From assembly GCA_964016885.1 (NCBI GenBank), contig OZ024756.1:44516001-44580000 (forward strand): a DNA stretch of 64,000 bases, in the 5' to 3' direction. Of this stretch, positions 60,441-64,000 are shown piece after piece. Under the pieces are notes generated by a model that ran no database searches, had not been told where the DNA came from, and worked only from the letters and a program-made list of their open reading frames with translations. Made by a program: the position numbers and the translations under genes. Every line of letters begins with the position of its first letter. The first letter of the stretch is position 1. Origin of the DNA: Eledone cirrhosa (taxonomy: Eukaryota).

Positions 60441-60699
60441 CTTCTCTATATACCTTTATTAAAATACATTTTAAAAGGGTGGCAGACTGGTTAGATCGTC
60501 AGAACTACTTCTTCCAGCTATTTACGTTCTGAAGTCATTTCCCTTTCCGATGTCGACTTGGCCTTTCATCCATCTAGGTCCGATAAAAATAAGATACCAA
60601 TCAAATACTGGTTCGATGTAATCGAATCTCTTGTGCCCCCTCCCCCCAATTGATGACTTTAAAGACTTTTATTTTCGATTCATCAGTATTTCTCTTTCC

Positions 60700-60873
60700 T
60701 ACGAAGGTAAGTCATAACCAATCTTAAGGTTTCTCACACTACTTTCTGCTTATGCGTGCTGTTACAGTGTAAACATGGCCGCTTCGCTAGCAGTGTGCAC
60801 CAAGGAGGAACAAAGAGCAGTGATCCGATTTCTCTGTTCGGAAGGCGTGTCAGGGGCTGAAATTCATCGAATT
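60700..60873 (+). mobile_element. Mariner 5' end: TIR plus transposase N-terminus
   Basis: TACGAAGGTAAGTCA terminus; ATG at 60775 gives MAASLAVCTKEEQRAVIRFLCSEGVSGAEIHR (mariner first HTH). Confidence 0.85.
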
Positions 60874-61084
60874 AGCCATATTTCTTTCTTTTGATTATTC
60901 TTTTCTTTTATATATTTTTTCTTCGTCTTCCATTCTTTTTTCTTTCATTCTTTCTTTTTCTATTAGTCACTTTTGACCCTTATCTTTTCTTTCTTATCGT
61001 TTTTTTGTTTTTTTTTATACTATTCACGTTATTTCATTCCCTTGTCTCTCTTAATATTTTATTATTCTGTACGATATGATGGAT

Positions 61085-61460
61085 ATTGCAGAATCGATAG
61101 AATATCAATCAAATATTTACCATAATTGGTTCTATCTTTTTACATATTGACTTCAAATTCCACCGAGATCAATTTTGCCTTCCATGCTATCCGGAGTCGA
61201 TAAAATATAACAGTAAAGAACTGGGTAGTTATAATCGACTTTGCCCTTCCGTCCAAATTGCTAACCCTGCGGTTAAATTAGAAATCATTATTCTGTTCGG
61301 AATATACCTCAAATCCCACCGAGGAGAGCTTCGTTTTTCATCCTTACGGGAGCGATAAAATAAAGTACCAGAAACCTACTGTCGTCGATTTAATCGACTT
61401 TCGCCTCCCCCTGCCCCAAATTGCTGGCTTTGTGCTTAAATCAGAAACCATTATTCTGTT
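61085..61460 (+). mobile_element. Two head-to-tail SINE family A copies
   Basis: The core ..caccgag..tttcatc..cgataaaat..aatcgacttt..aaattgct..agaaa.cattattctgttcg occurs twice in tandem. Confidence 0.75.
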
Positions 61461-62022
61461 CGAAATATTTCCGTCACAGTAAATAACTGTTAATAATTTT
61501 CTTACGTCATTTCCGATCATTCTTAAACATGTTTTACTTATTTTCCGCTTCTATCCCCCTTCTCACAATAAACGACTTTCGCCCTCTTCCTATATTTCTT
61601 TCGTTCTATTTTTTTTTTTTTTTTTGTTACCCCTTTCTCCTTCTTTCCTCCCTTTAATATGTCTTTCTATCCTTCTTTTGCGTCGCTATGCCTTTCTTTT
61701 TCTAGTATCCTCTCTTTCTCCCGTTATGTCTTTCATTCGTTTTCCTTTTCTTGTCCTAGTAAACTTTGACCAAATTCTCCCGTCCATCTCTCCCTCTCTA
61801 TATATATATATGTATAAGGTAAATTATATGAGTTGATGATACAACTGTATAAGGCAGTCGGATATTTACAGCTCTAATGTAATTTTGTCGATATACAGAT
61901 TGATGAAAGACAGTTCAAGGTTTAATCCAATTTGTAGATTTCATTTTACATGAATATGTATACATAGTATATATATATATGTGTATGCGTGTGTATGTGT
62001 ATATATATGTGTGTGTGTGTGT

Positions 62023-62102
<80 letters not shown>

Positions 62103-62843
62103 ATATTTATTCACAGAAAGAGAGAGATGTGTCTTTCCCTGTTTGGGTGTTTGTGTGTGCCTGAATTGTACATGTGTGTGTGTACATGAATTTGTACCTT
62201 TGTTTGTGGATGCATACGTGTGTGTGTACGTGTGTTTGTGCTAATGTGTGTGTACATGCGTGTTAATAAAAGAAGGAACCGCAAAAACAAGGAAATGACA
62301 AGAAGCAATGTCGAATTATTGAGTAAGATTGCAATTGCACGAAAAAATAATCAACCGCCTATGTGTACTAACATTACTACTACTACTAATACTAATACTT
62401 ATACTACTAATACTATTACTAGTATCATACTACTCCTGTTACTAGTATCATACTACTACTACTACTAGTATTACTACTACTACTGCTACTACTACTATCT
62501 TTATTGTTGTTGATGTCATCATCACACTCGTCGTCATCATCGCTATCATTTTCAGATGACTCCGTGAATGTGATGTTTAATTAAAAAAAACCTACTTAAC
62601 TTCGTTCCGAAGCAATGAAGTGAGACGCAGCACAATTTATTGTAAAAACAAACAAACAATCCAAACAAACAAAATAAACAACATAGAAATATTGAAATGA
62701 CTTTGCCAATGGCAAACATTACGTAGAATCCCACTCTCGCTCTCACCAGAAAATAGCGAAGCAAAGTTATATATGTAGTTATACGCAGATATTGTATCGT
62801 AACCACGTGGCTCTGTGTTCGATCTTCGACCTTTGAGCTGTGA

Positions 62844-62912
<69 letters not shown>

Positions 62913-62937
62913 TATACAATATATATATATATACATA

Positions 62938-63001
<64 letters not shown>

Positions 63002-63189
63002 CATATATACATATATATACATACATACTTATATATATGCATGTATATACATATATATATATATATACACATATGTGTATATATATACACATATATATAT
63101 ACATATATATACATATATATATATACATATGTGTATATATATACACATATATATATACATATATATGTGTGTGTGTGTGTGTGTAGAAA

Positions 63190-63259
63190 AATAAACCTCA
63201 TTTGGTCATTCCATGAGAGTATCATGGTCATCCTAAGAACTTTTCATCCGACCCTCGTA
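63190..63259 (-). mobile_element. Solo mariner-type TIR
   Basis: The minus strand reads TACGAGGGTCGGATGAAAAGTTC...GATACTCTCATGGAATGACCAAA. Confidence 0.7.
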
Positions 63260-64000
63260 GATTCTTTAAAGAAATATAACGATAAGTTATTTTCATCATA
63301 AATCTTTTCCACGAACAAACGCCTTCCCCGTAACTAAAATTCATAGAAATTTAAATTTGAATCTGGCAGAAACTAGATGTAATTTCATTCTCTCCAATGC
63401 CAACTTGTAATTGAGCGAATTAAATATTTATTAACTCCTCATAGAGTAAATTAAATGTGTGCAAAAGTCCTTGTCGAGAAGTATGAATCTAGCTAATCTT
63501 GGGGAATTGAGGAAACATCAAAGAGAATTGTAAAATGTCATAGTGAGTTATCAAAGTATTGTCATGTGGAAAGATATCAATAAAATATATCTTAAATAGA
63601 AATAGAAAGCTTCGCCATAACATGACCCAATAAATAGAAGGCTTCGCCGTAACATTTGACTAAATAAAGTAGTCAAACAATAGGTTGTAAAAAGACCCAC
63701 TGAACAGAAAAAGATGGCTATTAACACTGAGTTCAAAAGATGCATATCAGCACACATTGGTCTGACACCCACTTTGTTCCATTCAGTGGCTTTATACGCC
63801 CCATTATTAGACTCTTTTATTCTTTCTATTTCTATTTTCAAACGTCACTCGCCGCTTTCTAAACAAACTTCATAACTTGGATTGATTGGAATATAAACAG
63901 TGTACACAAACCTACAGCAAATAAAAAACACTTTTATCCTCGATTCATTATTTATTCCAAGCATGTGTAACAAACCAAAATACACTACTACTGGCAATAT

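Noticed and set aside
60700-60713. Perfect splice donor AAG|GTAAGT
   Set aside because: It is explained as part of the mariner TIR.
63551-63841. 96 aa hydrophobic ORF
   Set aside because: Non-ATG start, contains a ~32 bp tandem duplication, and no recognisable homology.

Overview
This is AT-rich animal genomic DNA saturated with microsatellites; its SINE and LINE repertoire looks like Octopus (inference). Almost all ORFs in the supplied track are simple-repeat artefacts, and no complete host gene is visible, only a few candidate small + strand exons. Recognisable mobile DNA includes a young 5'-truncated Penelope-like element (PLE) with a GIY-YIG ORF and an inverted pLTR (48436-51062), a second PLE fragment (22709), an R4/Dong-type LINE inside (TACA)n, CR1 and RTE remnants, mariner and Tigger remnants, a non-autonomous Helitron and many SINEs. 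The main unexplained signal is about a dozen sequence-diverse type I hammerhead ribozyme motifs, mostly in short non-coding cassettes embedded in (TA)n. Alongside them are tail-to-tail and palindromic elements and (TA)n-centred fold-back duplications. Together these suggest a PLE/retrozyme-like system that targets (TA)n and integrates by hairpin self-priming. All folds and alignments were done by eye.
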